Shown: positions 9,783 through 19,112 of the stretch, piece by piece | Layout of the letters: every line of letters starts with the position of its first letter | How positions within the stretch are numbered: the stretch's first letter is position 1 | Sequence record: DRR723986_576 | Strand: one strand, 5' to 3' | Length of the DNA: 64,000 nucleotides | Notes under the pieces: generated by a model | What the model was told of the DNA's origin: nothing | What the model saw: only the letters and a program-made list of their open reading frames with translations | Databases searched by the model: none | Made by a program: the position numbers and the translations under genes

Positions 9783-10460
9783 GTGCCCTTAAATAAGCTA
9801 AACAACCTGTTTGGTAAGTCACCCTTTGAACCCATACAGGAGCATATTAAGAAAGCCGAGGCCTGTGCGATAGCCTTGCAGCCATTTATTAATGCGGTTA
9901 TCGATAAAGACTGGCAAGGCGCCGAAACCGCTCAGCAGCAAATTGTTAAGCTGGAGCACGAGGCAGACCTGATCAAGAAGCAAATCCGCCTCAACCTCCC
10001 CAGCAATCTTTTCCTCCCCGTTCCCCGCTCCGACCTTCTCGAATTAATCAGCATGCAAGACCGCATTGCCAACTGCGCCAAAGATATCGCAGGCCTGATG
10101 CTCGGTCGCCGCATGGAGATTCCGGCATCACTTGTCGACGATATGCGCAGCTACGTCGACCTGGCTATTGCCACATCGTCGCAAGCCAAGAAGGCCATCG
10201 AAGAGCTAGATGAACTGCTGGAAACGGGCTTTCGCGGCCACGAAGTAAAGCTGGTTGAGAAAATGATCGAAGAGCTCGATCGCCTCGAGTATGAAGCCGA
10301 CCAATTGCAGGTAACGATTCGCGCCGAACTTTACGGCATTGAGCGCGACCTGCCGCCGGTGGACGCCATGTTCCTCTACAAAATTATTGAGTTGATCGGC
10401 GAGCTGTCGGACAAGTCACAAAAAGTCGGCTCACGCCTGCAAATCATTATTGCCCGCTAA
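9783..10460 (+). CDS. TIGR00153/DUF47 phosphate transport regulator (PhoU-like)
   Basis: FGKSPF, LEHEAD and FLPVPRSDLL motifs; immediately precedes a PiT transporter. Confidence 0.9.
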   Translation: MPLNKLNNLFGKSPFEPIQEHIKKAEACAIALQPFINAVIDKDWQGAETAQQQIVKLEHEADLIKKQIRLNLPSNLFLPVPRSDLLELISMQDRIANCAKDIAGLMLGRRMEIPASLVDDMRSYVDLAIATSSQAKKAIEELDELLETGFRGHEVKLVEKMIEELDRLEYEADQLQVTIRAELYGIERDLPPVDAMFLYKIIELIGELSDKSQKVGSRLQIIIAR

Positions 10461-10492
10461 GCAAGGGTTTCACACGTATTTAAGGAAGACTC

Positions 10493-11758
10493 ATGTCTAT
10501 CATTGCTGAACACGGGCAACTGCTGCTGATTCTCGCCTGCCTCTTTGGATTTTTCATGGCCTGGGGCGTTGGTGCCAACGACGTGGCCAACGCGATGGGT
10601 ACCTCGGTTGGCGCCAAGGCGCTGACCATTAAACAGGCGATTCTTATCGCCATGCTGTTTGAATTCTGCGGTGCCTACCTGGCCGGTGGCGAAGTCACCC
10701 AGACTATTCGCAAGGGCATACTCGACCCCGCCTATGTCGCCGACAGTCCCGAGTTACTCGTCTACGGCATGTTATCGGCGCTACTTGCCGCTGGCACCTG
10801 GCTGCTGGTTGCCAGCTTAATGGGCTGGCCGGTTTCCACCACCCACTCCATTGTTGGCGCACTGGTCGGTTTTGCCGCCGTGGGTATTGATGTCGACGCC
10901 GTCGCCTGGGGCAAAGTCGGACAAATTGTCGCCAGCTGGGTGGTCTCTCCGGTGCTCGCGGGGACGATTTCCTTCGGGCTGTTTATCAGCGCGCAAAGCC
11001 TGATCTTGCGCGCCGAAAAGCCGTTCGAAGCTGCGAAACGCTACATCCCTTATTACCTGTTCTTGGTCGGCTTCATGATCTCCATGGTCACCATGGTGAA
11101 AGGCCTCAAGCATATTGGTTTGGGCCTGACCTTTGGCCAAAGCCTGATGTACGCCGCCGTAGCGGGCCTGATCATTACCTTTATCGGCAACCTGTTCCTG
11201 CGCCGCATTAAGGACGAGCCCGACCCGACTGGCCATTCACGCTTTGCCAGCGTCGAGCGCGTCTTTGCGGTACTCATGGTATTCACTGCCTGCGCCATGG
11301 CCTTCGCCCACGGCTCCAACGATGTGGCCAACGCCATCGGGCCGGTCGCAGCGGTGGTTAGCGTTATTCAGTCCGGCGGCGAAATCGCCGCAAAAGCGGC
11401 CCTGCCCTGGTGGGTATTGCTGCTGGGTGCTGGCGGTATTGTGTTCGGTCTGGCGACTTACGGCTTCAAGGTTATCGCCACCGTTGGCACCAAGATCACC
11501 GAGCTGACCCCGAGCCGCGGCTTTGCGGCCGAGCTGGGTGCAGCCTCAACCGTTGTGCTGGCATCGGCCACCGGCCTGCCCATCTCAACCACTCACACAC
11601 TGGTGGGTGCCGTGTTGGGCGTAGGCTTGGCACGCGGTATTGCGGCGCTGAATCTGCGTGTGATACGCAATATCTTCATGTCGTGGATCGTGACCCTGCC
11701 CGCGGGTGCCGGCCTGGCCATTATTTTCTTCTTCATTTTCAAAGCCACGCTGGGTTAA
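10493..11758 (+). CDS. Inorganic phosphate transporter, PiT family
   Basis: Two PiT signatures (GANDVANAMGT; HGSNDVANAIGP) and PVSTTH/PISTTH. Confidence 0.95.
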   Translation: MSIIAEHGQLLLILACLFGFFMAWGVGANDVANAMGTSVGAKALTIKQAILIAMLFEFCGAYLAGGEVTQTIRKGILDPAYVADSPELLVYGMLSALLAAGTWLLVASLMGWPVSTTHSIVGALVGFAAVGIDVDAVAWGKVGQIVASWVVSPVLAGTISFGLFISAQSLILRAEKPFEAAKRYIPYYLFLVGFMISMVTMVKGLKHIGLGLTFGQSLMYAAVAGLIITFIGNLFLRRIKDEPDPTGHSRFASVERVFAVLMVFTACAMAFAHGSNDVANAIGPVAAVVSVIQSGGEIAAKAALPWWVLLLGAGGIVFGLATYGFKVIATVGTKITELTPSRGFAAELGAASTVVLASATGLPISTTHTLVGAVLGVGLARGIAALNLRVIRNIFMSWIVTLPAGAGLAIIFFFIFKATLG

Positions 11759-11895
11759 GCCAGCGCTTCGCCGCCACTGCCGAGGCCATAGCGCTGGGCA
11801 GTGGTGGCTGGACCGATTCCCCCCTCACACCCTATTCGCTGCCCATTTTCCTGCCTACAATGGTGGCTTTACTGCCGTTGAGTGCAAACCACACC

Positions 11896-13083
11896 ATGAA
11901 ACACCCGCCATTGGTAAATATGCTTCGCGAGCTGATCGCGCTGCCGTCGATCAGCGCCACAAGCGAGAAGTGGGATATGGGCAATCAAGCTGTGATCGAG
12001 CAGCTGGCCAACTGGTTGCGCCCCCTCGGTTTCGAGGTGCGCGTTATGCCGCTGGCCACACCGGGCAAAGCCAATCTGATTGCCAGCTACGGCAGCGGCA
12101 GTGGCGGTTTAGTGCTGGCCGGGCACAGTGACACCGTGCCCTATGACGATGCGCGCTGGCAGTCCGACCCGTTTGCACTGAGCGATCGCGACAACCGTTT
12201 TTACGGTTTGGGCACCGCGGACATGAAGGGCTTCTTTGCCCTGGTGATTGAGGCCGTGAGTAGCTTGCTGAGCCACGACTTCAAAGCGCCGCTGATTATT
12301 CTGGCAACCGCCGATGAAGAAAGCAGCATGGACGGTGCCCGCGCGCTGGTGCAGAGCGATATCTCGGGCGCGCGCTACGCGGTAGTGGGCGAGCCTACCG
12401 GGCTAAAACCGATACGCGCGCACAAAGGCATATTAATGGAAGGCATTACCATTACCGGGCGCAGCGGCCATAGCTCGAACCCGCTATTGGGCAACAGCGC
12501 CCTGGAGGCCATGCACGAAGTGATTGGCGAACTGCTAAACCTGCGCGGCGAGCTGCAAGAGAAATACCACCACCCCGGCTTCGCGGTACCCACACCCACC
12601 ATGAACCTGGGCTGCATTCACGGCGGCGACAACCCCAACCGTATTTGCGGGCAATGCGAGCTGCATTTTGATATTCGCGCGATTCCCGGCATGGATACCG
12701 ACGAGGTTCGCCAACGCATTCAGCAACACCTCGGCCCCATTGCAGAGCGCCGCAAAATCAATATTGGTTTGCGCTCACTGATCGGCGGGGTAGATGCCTT
12801 TGAACAGCCTGCGGACTCGGAGCTGGTGAAGGTTGCGGAACAACTCACGGGGCAGAGCGCCGATGTGGTCAACTTCGCGACTGAAGCGCCGTTCTTCCAG
12901 CAGCTGGGTTTGCAAACCATCGTCATGGGGCCCGGCTCTATCGACCAGGCCCACCAGCCCGATGAATTTATTGCTCACGACCAGATACAGCCCACCGTGG
13001 CGTTAATTCAGAATTTGGTAACGCGCTTTTGCCTTGCGCCGCCGGCCTCAACAGAGGGGCGCGTAACACCCTCGGCAGAGTGA
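11896..13083 (+). CDS. argE: Acetylornithine deacetylase (M20 family)
   Basis: GHSDTVP, GLGTADMKG, ADEES, GEPT and QAHQPDE. Start set at ATG 11896 because the longer ORF overlaps pit. Confidence 0.93.
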   Translation: MKHPPLVNMLRELIALPSISATSEKWDMGNQAVIEQLANWLRPLGFEVRVMPLATPGKANLIASYGSGSGGLVLAGHSDTVPYDDARWQSDPFALSDRDNRFYGLGTADMKGFFALVIEAVSSLLSHDFKAPLIILATADEESSMDGARALVQSDISGARYAVVGEPTGLKPIRAHKGILMEGITITGRSGHSSNPLLGNSALEAMHEVIGELLNLRGELQEKYHHPGFAVPTPTMNLGCIHGGDNPNRICGQCELHFDIRAIPGMDTDEVRQRIQQHLGPIAERRKINIGLRSLIGGVDAFEQPADSELVKVAEQLTGQSADVVNFATEAPFFQQLGLQTIVMGPGSIDQAHQPDEFIAHDQIQPTVALIQNLVTRFCLAPPASTEGRVTPSAE

Positions 13084-13512
13084 CAGCAGGTCGTCGGCGG
13101 CCAACTCGATTTCTAACCCCCGACGCCCGGCACTGATGTATATGGACGGTAAATCTGCGGCAGACTCGTCGACAAAACTGCGCAGCGCTTTTTTCTGTCC
13201 CAGCGGGCTTACCCCACCGAGCACGTAACCGGAACTGCGCTCCACCGCTTTCGCCTCCGCCATCGCCGCCTTTTTAGCCCCGGCTGCCTTGGCCAGTTTT
13301 TTCATGTTCAACATGGCGGCAACAGGCACCACGGCGACCACCAATTCGCCAGTGGCGAGCGCGGCCACCAGCGTTTTAAACACCCGCTCGGGCGGTAAAC
13401 CCAGCTTGTCCGCCGCTTCTAAGCCATACGATGCAGCACTGGGGTCGTGTTGATATTCGTGAACGCAGTGGCGAATACCCGCCTTGCGTGCGAGTTCAAT
13501 AGCCGGAGTCAC
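13048..13512 (-). CDS. ybaK: Cys-tRNA(Pro) deacylase
   Basis: MTPAI start, VFKTL, GYVLGGVSPLGQKK and SAGRRGLEIEL. Confidence 0.95.
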   Translation of the reverse strand: MTPAIELARKAGIRHCVHEYQHDPSAASYGLEAADKLGLPPERVFKTLVAALATGELVVAVVPVAAMLNMKKLAKAAGAKKAAMAEAKAVERSSGYVLGGVSPLGQKKALRSFVDESAADLPSIYISAGRRGLEIELAADDLLSLCRGCYAPLC

Positions 13513-13571
13513 GGGAAGGCCTCACAAACAAAAGCATGAGTATAGCGCCGCACTCGGGCGGCCGGGTAGCA

Positions 13572-14972
13572 TCAGCCCGGCTTGCCCTGACGCAGTCGCC
13601 GGCAGTACAGGAAGACACCGAGCGCAAAACTGGCGGCAATGCCCAGGGCGAAAAGCGCCGCCACCGCATCGCGTGTATCACGCCCCAAGCCGTCGAGAAA
13701 ATGCCATTTATGTAGCCACGCAAAGCTCCAGCCTTCGGCCCGGTCGCTATCGCGAACATGGGCGGCCAACACGCCGCTGCGAGGCTCAACATAATAGCGA
13801 TCGCCATTTTGCAGATTCTCGAAAGCCACTACCGGCAGGCGCTTATTGATGAAGCCATACTCGCCTTCAAAGCGTGTAATCCACACTGCTTCGCCCAATT
13901 CGGCATTGCCGGAATAATAGCCGGCAAGCTCTCGGGCGTGCTGCGCTTCACCACCCGCTAGCTCCTGGCTGCTGGCAGCATGCACATAGCTGAGTTCACC
14001 GGATTGCCATACGCGAAAATAGGGCTGGCCCTGCACCGCAACCAATTCGGCCTGGCGGATGCCATCGCCCAGCGGGCCCCAGTCCAGCGACAATGCACTG
14101 GGTGAAAAGGCGACGCTCGGCGTTGCGTGGCTAGGCGCCGGGTTGTGTTTTTGCAGCAGGTGCCATGCGCCACTGACGCTGAAGGTCACCGTTGTTAGGG
14201 CCACCACGATGCCCAGGCGACGGTGCCAGGTTCGCGCCGCGCTGCCCTTGCGCCAACCGCGGCCGGACCTCGCCTGCATAACATATTGGCCAGCGCCCAT
14301 TACACCGACGACAATGCCGCCGAACAGAAACACCAGCATCGCCCCGTGTCGCAGCTGCTCATTGGGGATAAACACCCAGTTGTGCAGATTGCGAAACAGC
14401 GCCGACCCCGCCGCCTTATTGGCATCGACCATCGCGGCCAGACGCCCACTGGCAGTGTCGACATACACCCGCAGTGCGTCATCGCGCGCAAAGGCAACGC
14501 GCTGCACCGGCAGCAAGCGATTGATAAACAGGTAGTCTTCACTGAACTGCCGCTGCTCCGTCAGCTGCGCCACCGGGCTGGCCTGGTCGCCGCTAAAGTG
14601 CCGTGCCAGCTGCGTTGCATAGGCCTGTTCGGCGTGCGGCAGCAGCGCCGCGCTGCGGGCGTCGAGCCACAAAACCTGCCCCGCAAGGGCGACGCGATAC
14701 TGCGCGCCCTGACCCCAGTCAACCAGTCGCAGCGCCGTAACGGGCGCGGCAATACCGGCGCGCTGCAAGGCCTCGGCCGGGCTCAGTAGTTCACTACCCG
14801 ACATTGCATTCAGGGGGTAGCGATGTTGATCGGCGACCGGCTGCAGGCGAGAAATAATGGGGTGGGCGAGACCACTCAACCCCCAGGCAATAATACCGGC
14901 GGAGACCAGTGCCCCCAGCCGCATGTGCCAGCGCAACAGCAGGCCGACCAGCGCGGTGCGTGTCATCGCCAT
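13572..14972 (-). CDS. PepSY-associated transmembrane protein
   Basis: Repeated His-bearing TM motifs (RWHMRLG, LHNW, TWHRRLG, LHKWHF) and an internal duplication EY(L/G)FIN(R/K)(L/R)LPV. ATG at 14972 overlaps the receptor stop (TAATG). Confidence 0.85.
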   Translation of the reverse strand: MAMTRTALVGLLLRWHMRLGALVSAGIIAWGLSGLAHPIISRLQPVADQHRYPLNAMSGSELLSPAEALQRAGIAAPVTALRLVDWGQGAQYRVALAGQVLWLDARSAALLPHAEQAYATQLARHFSGDQASPVAQLTEQRQFSEDYLFINRLLPVQRVAFARDDALRVYVDTASGRLAAMVDANKAAGSALFRNLHNWVFIPNEQLRHGAMLVFLFGGIVVGVMGAGQYVMQARSGRGWRKGSAARTWHRRLGIVVALTTVTFSVSGAWHLLQKHNPAPSHATPSVAFSPSALSLDWGPLGDGIRQAELVAVQGQPYFRVWQSGELSYVHAASSQELAGGEAQHARELAGYYSGNAELGEAVWITRFEGEYGFINKRLPVVAFENLQNGDRYYVEPRSGVLAAHVRDSDRAEGWSFAWLHKWHFLDGLGRDTRDAVAALFALGIAASFALGVFLYCRRLRQGKPG

Positions 14973-17107
14973 TACCAATCCACCTTCACACCGAGTATCG
15001 CTGTGCGGGGGCGTCCAGGTGTATAGCTCGGCCCCCACTTGCTGGTGGTTTCCGCGTAGCGACGGTCGTCGACGTTGAGCACGCGGCCATACACACTCAG
15101 GGTGTCACTGAGCGGGTATTCTGCGCGCAGATTTAACAGCGCATGGCCCTTGTAGCGGTCGCGGTCATTGGCATTGCCGTCGTCCCCGTTGGCCTCATCC
15201 AGCCAGTGCGGGCCCTGATGGGACCACTCCACTTCCAGATAGCCGCCCTTGAGCGCCAGCGGGTGGTAGTTGAGCCGGATATTGGCGAAGCTGCGCGGGG
15301 CATCGGGCATGTCGTTGCCGCTGAAGTCGCCACTGCGGTCGACCCAGTCGCGATATTCATGTTGGTTGCGGCTGTATGCCACGCTCACGTCCAGGCTGCT
15401 GCCCAGCCGCTGAGCCACGCCCAGTTCAATACCGCGGTGGCGGGTTTCACCGGCGTTGGTATTGCGTCGCGCGCCCGTGCCGGTGTCTTGAATGCTGAGG
15501 ATATCGTCTTCCTTGCGCATATCGTAAAGGCTGATTTCAAAGCTGCCGCCATGGCCCCACTCCCCTCGCAGCCCCACTTCAATACTGTCGGCTTTCACCG
15601 GCTCCAGAGCGGTTGAGTCCTGCGTACTGCCGCTGCGAAAGAGCTGCCCGGCCGAGGGAATACGAAAGGCATGGCGGTAGGCCAGATAGGCGTTTAGGCG
15701 CTCGTTGATGTCGTAGATCAGCCCCAGTTTCGGGCTCAGGTGTTCAAAGTCGATGGCCTGGTCACGGGGGCGCAAATGAAGCGGCGTGTCCGGGCCGGAT
15801 AAATGGTCACGGTAGTCATAGCGAATAGCGTCGTAACGCAGCCCCGCCGTGGCGCGCAGGCGTGAAGAGAGCTGGTGCTCTATATGCACATAGGGCGATA
15901 CCGAGGTGAAGTCGACCGTAAAATCATAGAGCCTGCCGGCGCGACGATAACTCTGCCAGTAATTACCGGCATCGTTGTCGCTGCGCTCGATATAGTCCTG
16001 GCGGGTGTCGCCGCGACTGACGTCGATATCCACCCCGGCAATGTAGAAACTGCTTTCGGCAAAGTCGCGCCGAAACTTGGCGAGCAGGCCGAGAGAATCG
16101 TGGCCACTCTGGTTGATATGCGCGTCCTGCGAATCCAGCGCCGCGGGGCAACTGGGGCACCACGGCGGTGGTGGCTGCACGCGGCCGGTGTTCAGCGTCC
16201 ACGTCGCGATATAGTCCAACTGGTTGCTGCGCAGGTAGGGTGTCAGGCTCAACAGCCCCTTATGCGTCGTTTTTTCAAAAGCGCTGGAGAGACGGAAGGC
16301 CTTTACGTCGCGAAAGCCGATGGTGTTTCCCGCCTGCTGCGGGTCGTTGCGAAAGTCATCGTAGCGCAGCCCCGAACCGCCGGTCGCCATATTGATCACG
16401 CTGCCACTGGCCACGGTGTTCACCGTCCAACGCTCGCTGAGCTGACGATACCACGACGCCACCAACTCCTGACGCTCGCTATCGGTGTTGTCGCGCCAGC
16501 CGCCGTTGTGGCTCAGCGAGGCGCTGAGGGTGTAGCTGTTCTCGTCGCCTACACTGGCCGTGCGCAACTGCGCGCGCAGCCAGTCGTGCTCGCCCGCCTC
16601 CACACTCACACTCGCCCTGTCTTGCGACGGCGGCTGTCCCACCAGGCTGTTGATGACGGCGCCTATTGCATCGGAGCCATAAAGCGCCGACCCCGGCCCC
16701 TTGATCACCTCCACACCGTTACCCAGTGCGGTGTTCACCTCATACAGGGCATTGTGATTGAAGAAGCCCGCGCTGCGAGTGGGCACGCCGTTCTCCAAAT
16801 AGAGGTAAACCGGGCCGTACGACACAGGCTGACGGATCGCCGCCGCAGCGCCCTCGCCACTGGAGCCCAGCTGAACAATATTGACACCCGGAATGCGATT
16901 TAATAGCTCGGCCGAGTGGCCGGGGTTTACCGCTTCCAACTCGTCTTGACCAAGGACACCAACGCTGGCGGCGACATCCTGTAGCTGACGCGCCTCGCGA
17001 GTGGCGGTAACCAATACGGTTTCGAGCTTGCTGTGCTCCGCCGCCGCCCATTGACTAGATAGCGCCGCCAGCAGTGTCAGCAGGCCGGCAGGTAAACGAG
17101 ATGACAT
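14972..17107 (-). CDS. TonB-dependent outer-membrane receptor
   Basis: Signal peptide, TonB box ETVLVTA, plug motif VEVIKGPGSALYGSDAIG and terminal aromatic residue (VKVDW). Confidence 0.93.
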   Translation of the reverse strand: MSSRLPAGLLTLLAALSSQWAAAEHSKLETVLVTATREARQLQDVAASVGVLGQDELEAVNPGHSAELLNRIPGVNIVQLGSSGEGAAAAIRQPVSYGPVYLYLENGVPTRSAGFFNHNALYEVNTALGNGVEVIKGPGSALYGSDAIGAVINSLVGQPPSQDRASVSVEAGEHDWLRAQLRTASVGDENSYTLSASLSHNGGWRDNTDSERQELVASWYRQLSERWTVNTVASGSVINMATGGSGLRYDDFRNDPQQAGNTIGFRDVKAFRLSSAFEKTTHKGLLSLTPYLRSNQLDYIATWTLNTGRVQPPPPWCPSCPAALDSQDAHINQSGHDSLGLLAKFRRDFAESSFYIAGVDIDVSRGDTRQDYIERSDNDAGNYWQSYRRAGRLYDFTVDFTSVSPYVHIEHQLSSRLRATAGLRYDAIRYDYRDHLSGPDTPLHLRPRDQAIDFEHLSPKLGLIYDINERLNAYLAYRHAFRIPSAGQLFRSGSTQDSTALEPVKADSIEVGLRGEWGHGGSFEISLYDMRKEDDILSIQDTGTGARRNTNAGETRHRGIELGVAQRLGSSLDVSVAYSRNQHEYRDWVDRSGDFSGNDMPDAPRSFANIRLNYHPLALKGGYLEVEWSHQGPHWLDEANGDDGNANDRDRYKGHALLNLRAEYPLSDTLSVYGRVLNVDDRRYAETTSKWGPSYTPGRPRTAILGVKVDW

Positions 17108-17166
17108 AGTTCGCCCCAAGTGCGTAAAAAGGCGAACATTCTAGTTATCTACAGGGTTTGCCGAAA

Positions 17167-17183
17167 TGCGACCAATTGTCGCA
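17167..17183. promoter_or_regulatory. Palindromic RegA/PrrA/RoxR-type site TGCGAC-N5-GTCGCA
   Basis: Perfect inverted repeat 60 bp upstream of the TonB receptor; matches the GCGNC...GNCGC RegA-family core. Confidence 0.55.
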
Positions 17184-17201
17184 GGCCCGTCCCACCGGCA
17201 G

Positions 17202-17939
17202 CTATTCGCTCAGGCGCTTGCTCAAGGCGATCTGACTGCGTTTGCGCACGCGAATATTGAGTATTTCCACCGCAAAGGAAAACGCCATCGCAAAGTAGAT
17301 ATAGCCTTTGGGAACATGAACATCGAGGCCCTCGGCCATCAGCGTCAGGCCAATCATCAGCAAAAATGACAGGGCGAGCATTTTGATAGTGGGATGACGG
17401 TCGACAAAATTGCCGATGGGTTTTGCCGCAAACAGCATTACCGCCACCGACACCACAATGGCGATCACCATCACGGAAATGTGGTCGACGAGGCCCACGG
17501 CGGTGATCACCGAGTCCAGCGAGAACACCATATCCAGCATCGCGATCTGCACCATCACCGACGCAAAACTGGCCGACACTGGCGCCGTGCTGGTTTCGTC
17601 GCTAATCTCCAGACTTGCATGGATCTCGTGGGTGGACTTCGCCAGCAGAAATAAGCCGCCGACCACCAGAATGATATCGCGCCCCGATATCTCTTGCCCG
17701 AACGCCACGAACAAGGGCTCAATCAGGCCCATAATCCAAACCAAACTAAACAACAGCCCCAAGCGCGCCAACATTGCCAGAGCCAAGCCCAGGCGGCGCG
17801 CTTTCTCACGCTGCGCCGCCGGCAGTCGACCCACCAGGATCGAGATAAAAATAATATTGTCGATACCCAGCACGATCTCCAGTGCAACGAGTGATGCCAG
17901 GGCAACCCAGGCCTCGGGGCTCGCGATCCACTCAAACAT
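17202..17939 (-). CDS. TerC family membrane protein
   Basis: LEIVLGIDNIIFI and DMVFSLDSVITAVG motifs. Start set at MFEWIASPEAW (17939). Confidence 0.92.
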   Translation of the reverse strand: MFEWIASPEAWVALASLVALEIVLGIDNIIFISILVGRLPAAQREKARRLGLALAMLARLGLLFSLVWIMGLIEPLFVAFGQEISGRDIILVVGGLFLLAKSTHEIHASLEISDETSTAPVSASFASVMVQIAMLDMVFSLDSVITAVGLVDHISVMVIAIVVSVAVMLFAAKPIGNFVDRHPTIKMLALSFLLMIGLTLMAEGLDVHVPKGYIYFAMAFSFAVEILNIRVRKRSQIALSKRLSE

Positions 17940-18080
17940 GATCAATACTCGCAATGGGAAAACGCTGAGCATAGCGCGACATCCGCGAGGCGCAAATACA
18001 CAGTGGAGATTCCGCAACAAAATCCTTATAAAGCGCGCCGTGACTTGCGATAATTCCGCGCCAACCCCGCCGGAGAGCTT

Positions 18081-18824
18081 ATGAACCCGCCCCCCGTCGC
18101 ACTGATTACCGGTGCCAGTCAGCGCATAGGCGCAACCATTTGTCGCAAACTGCACACGCAGGGCTACCGCGTGATTATTCACTGCCGCCGCGAAAGCGCC
18201 GCTGGCACGGCCCTGCTCGAAGAGCTCAATCAGCAGCGAAGCGACTCGGCCGTTATGCTGTACGCCGATCTGGAAAAGATCGCCGATGTGGAGCGCCTGG
18301 CCAGCGACGCCCTCGCGCAATGGCAGCGGCTGGATGCCTTAGTCAACAATGCTTCTGGGTTTTACCCGACGGCGCTGGGCGAGGTAAGCGAGGCCGACTG
18401 GGACAGCCTGCTGGGTAGCAATGTCAAAGGCGCATTCTTTCTCAGCCAGGCACTGGTTCCGGCGCTGCGCAAGCACCGCGGCGCCATTGTGAATATTGTC
18501 GATATCTACGGCGACAAACCCCTGCAGGGCCACCCGGTCTACAGTATTGCCAAGGCTGGCTTGGCAATGATGACGCGATCACTGGCGGTGGAGCTGGCAC
18601 CGGACGTACGCGTGAATGGCATTGCCCCCGGCGCAATATTGCCGCCGGTAGCCAGCGATGCCTTTGGTGAGATCGAACAGCGAAATGTGAGTGAGCGCGT
18701 GCCATTGCAACGCTGGGGGAGCGCCGCAGATATTGCCGGCACAGTCTGGTTTTTGCTCCAAAGCGATAGCTATATCAACGGCCAGATTATTGCCGTTGAT
18801 GGCGGGCGCAGCATCTCGATATAG
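18081..18824 (+). CDS. Pteridine reductase / FolM-like SDR
   Basis: TGASQRIG, NNAS, IVNIVD, YSIAK catalytic motif and RVNGIAPG. Confidence 0.88.
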   Translation: MNPPPVALITGASQRIGATICRKLHTQGYRVIIHCRRESAAGTALLEELNQQRSDSAVMLYADLEKIADVERLASDALAQWQRLDALVNNASGFYPTALGEVSEADWDSLLGSNVKGAFFLSQALVPALRKHRGAIVNIVDIYGDKPLQGHPVYSIAKAGLAMMTRSLAVELAPDVRVNGIAPGAILPPVASDAFGEIEQRNVSERVPLQRWGSAADIAGTVWFLLQSDSYINGQIIAVDGGRSISI

Positions 18825-18838
18825 CCGCAATAACCGCC

Positions 18839-18858
18839 TTAGGGCATGTGAACACTAA
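18839..18858 (+). repeat. 20-bp dispersed repeat, copy 1 (IS5/MITE-end-like)
   Basis: TTAGGGCATGTGAACACTAA; 17/20 identical to the copy at 54181. Confidence 0.5.
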
Positions 18859-18862
18859 TAAG

Positions 18863-19012
18863 TGGGCATCCCTTCCCATGGGCGAACTTCCTGGCCGGCC
18901 CGGTTCCACGGCGAAGTCCCTGTGACATTCGCAAGCGACACACTTCTCACCGCAGACATTCACTGCCGACCTAACAAGCAGTGAATGTGGCGGGACGGGT
19001 TTGCCCAGCGCC
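18863..19012 (-). ncRNA. Candidate structured non-coding RNA (~145-150 nt), family not recognised
   Basis: End-closing stem, 11-bp perfect hairpin, G(CUUG)C tetraloop stem and a fourth stem. A TATAGT -10 and a palindromic operator lie just upstream on the minus strand. Confidence 0.55.
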
Positions 19013-19041
19013 AAGACTAACTATATAGTCGAGGCTCTACC

Positions 19042-19057
19042 TCCCCAAAACTGGGGA
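19042..19057. promoter_or_regulatory. Palindromic operator TCCCCA-N4-TGGGGA, probable site of the adjacent LuxR-type regulator
   Basis: Perfect 6-4-6 inverted repeat, 16 nt upstream of minus-strand TATAGT (19025-19020). Confidence 0.6.
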
Positions 19058-19112
19058 CGGCGAAAGGAGTCGCTGTTCACTGCCAGGGATGCACCGGCGC
19101 AATGAAAAATAC

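Noticed and set aside
11410-11895. Apparent N-terminal extensions in the ORF track (argE; also methyltransferase, terC, recG, adaptor, tetR, dehalogenase)
   Set aside because: They overlap neighbouring genes in other frames; downstream starts match family lengths.
18787-19014. 75-aa Cys-rich ORF across the candidate RNA
   Set aside because: TTG start with no RBS, no recognisable family and overlap with the pteridine reductase end; RNA structure explains the sequence better, though a leaderless peptide is not formally excluded.
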